DNA of 59,767 nucleotides, counting the filler. It is 4 parts of 4 records of this genome, joined end to end, with 100 filler letters (N's around TTAATTAATTAA, not from the genome) between each part and the next. Parts side by side here need not be neighbours in the genome. Positions count along the whole stretch, not along the records: positions 48,505 to 59,767 come from SRR22947727_2980; 3 more parts are not named here. One strand, given 5' to 3'. The position numbers and the translations under genes were made by a program. How positions within the stretch are numbered: position 1 is the first letter of the stretch; every line of letters begins with the position of its first letter. The notes below the pieces were generated by a model. It was not told where the DNA came from and did no database searches. It worked only from the letters and a program-made list of their open reading frames with translations. Shown one piece after another: positions 58,338 through 59,767 of this stretch.

Positions 58338-58931
58338 ATGTCCGAAGTCGACAATAAACGAGAAGCGAAGAAAGCGCTCCGGCGTGAGTGCTTCGCCGCG
58401 ATTCGTGGGCTTTCGGTCTCAGAAAAAGCTGAGTCTTCGTCGCGAATCTGCAATCACCTAAGAGAGTCCGCTGTTTTTAAAACGGCGACTTCAATCGGGA
58501 TTTATATCGCGGTGCAAAGCGAGCCGGATCTGAGTGACTTGATTTGGAATAGCCACGGGAAGTCGTTTTCTCTGGCGCGGATTGGCGAAGACGAAACGCT
58601 TCATTTTCATCGAATTTCGTCCAAAGATGATCTTGTCATTGGTGAATTTGGAATCGCTGAGCCGAATCCTTTGACGTGTCCTGCGATCGCTGAATCAGAA
58701 ATCGATGCGGTGTTGGTTCCGGGTGTCGCGTTTGATCCAGATAGCGGTGCTCGTCTGGGACGGGGGAAGGGTCACTACGATCGCTTTCTCGAAAAATTGC
58801 GGAGCGAGGAAAATAAAAAACGTCCTGTGATCGGAGTCAGTTTCGGGATTCAGCACCGATCTGTGAATGCGGAATCACATGATCAGCCTATGGACGGATT
58901 GGTTACCGAGAGTGAGCTGATTGCGATTTGA
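58338..58931 (+). CDS. 5-formyltetrahydrofolate cyclo-ligase
   Basis: KKALR, EP, VPGVAFD..RLGRGKGHYDR, HDQPMD. Start ATG 58338 after AAGGAG. Confidence 0.92.
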   Translation: MSEVDNKREAKKALRRECFAAIRGLSVSEKAESSSRICNHLRESAVFKTATSIGIYIAVQSEPDLSDLIWNSHGKSFSLARIGEDETLHFHRISSKDDLVIGEFGIAEPNPLTCPAIAESEIDAVLVPGVAFDPDSGARLGRGKGHYDRFLEKLRSEENKKRPVIGVSFGIQHRSVNAESHDQPMDGLVTESELIAI

Positions 58932-58956
58932 GTGATCAGCACGCTTTCCGAATCGC

Positions 58957-59766
58957 TTACTTCTTTGTCAGTTTTTTGAACTGATGAATCCCCAAAACGA
59001 GGAAGAGCGCGTTGGGAATCCACACGAGGATGAATGGCCAGGCATTGGAGTTTTCGCGCATCATTTCGAAAATCGACATCAGCAAAAAGTAGATCACCAC
59101 GATGATCAGGCTGATGGCAAATCCGACAGAGGTTTCGCGGCGCTGGGCGGTAACGCCCAGCGGGATTCCAATGATTCCGAGTGTGATACAAGCGCAGGAA
59201 AAAGAGAGTCGTTTTGAAATCTCGGTGCGAATTGAAGAGCGGTCTGAGCTCGTCAGGCCGGGCTTTCCGACGACTTTGAAAAGCTCGAAAAACGGAATGA
59301 TATCGGGTTTCAGGCGATCGTTGCTCTCTTTCAGTTTATCGAGTTCGATCTTCATCGGAGCAAATCGGGCAGCAAACGGCGTTGATTCGGCAAACTCAGC
59401 ATTTTCGGCACCGTTTTTCATTTCGAAGTAGGCATTGTGCATCCCGAAATTCATCGAAGCTTCGTTTTCTGTGATGTCTACGGTCACATCGACATTGTCG
59501 GCGATGATAAGTATCTCCGGACGGAAATACTCGTTCATTTTCACCATCTGAAAGTTCACCAATTTACCGTCTTTTTTCGACGCGTAGATGAGGTGGCGCG
59601 AGATTTCGTCCATCACTTTTCCGTCCGTGAAGAGCGCGAGCGGCTCTTTTTTGGCCATGTTGATGAAGGTATTTTTCATACCCTCCATTTCCGCCTTTGC
59701 CGCCGGGGCGACGGTTAGATTCATCCAGCCACAGAGCACTGTGAAAAGGATCGCGATGACTCCGGT
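58957..59766 (-). CDS. LptF/LptG-family LPS export permease, 5'-truncated
   Basis: E..KR.S..C....IGIPLG, three C-terminal TM segments, WIPN. Confidence 0.85.
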   Translation of the reverse strand, partial: TGVIAILFTVLCGWMNLTVAPAAKAEMEGMKNTFINMAKKEPLALFTDGKVMDEISRHLIYASKKDGKLVNFQMVKMNEYFRPEILIIADNVDVTVDITENEASMNFGMHNAYFEMKNGAENAEFAESTPFAARFAPMKIELDKLKESNDRLKPDIIPFFELFKVVGKPGLTSSDRSSIRTEISKRLSFSCACITLGIIGIPLGVTAQRRETSVGFAISLIIVVIYFLLMSIFEMMRENSNAWPFILVWIPNALFLVLGIHQFKKLTKK

Positions 59767-59767
59767 A

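Noticed and set aside
48792-59718. Many overlapping alternative-frame and antisense ORFs in contig 4
   Set aside because: Expected at higher GC; each overlaps a well-supported gene and lacks motifs.

Overview
The window is not one locus. It is four unrelated contigs joined by artificial N44-TTAATTAATTAA-N44 linkers (12716-12815, 38955-39054, 48405-48504). (1) 1-12715: part of a T7-like podophage (Autographiviridae-type): RNA polymerase, SSB, endonuclease I, primase/helicase, DNA polymerase A, PD-(D/E)XK nuclease, exonuclease, DUF5664-like protein, a fibre/LamG cassette and the truncated portal. (2) 12816-38954: a very AT-rich surface-glycan biosynthesis island with about 25 genes in mixed orientation. 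(3) 39055-48404: an AT-rich, probably gammaproteobacterial (SAR86-like) segment with a TonB-dependent receptor, MFS transporter, AMP nucleosidase, SDR, LysR and acyl-CoA dehydrogenase. (4) 48505-59767: a mid-GC, probably verrucomicrobial housekeeping segment. The strongest observations are: the phage RNAP carries Phe at the position of T7 Tyr639, the ribo/deoxy gate; the glycan island encodes a membrane GT-C fused to a phosphoribulokinase-like kinase within an aldolase/dual-nucleotidyltransferase/HAD cassette; six fibre/LamG-type genes sit upstream of the portal; and a 22-nt repeat family occurs at two intergenic sites in contig 4. All protein and taxonomic calls come from motif recognition by eye, without database searches.
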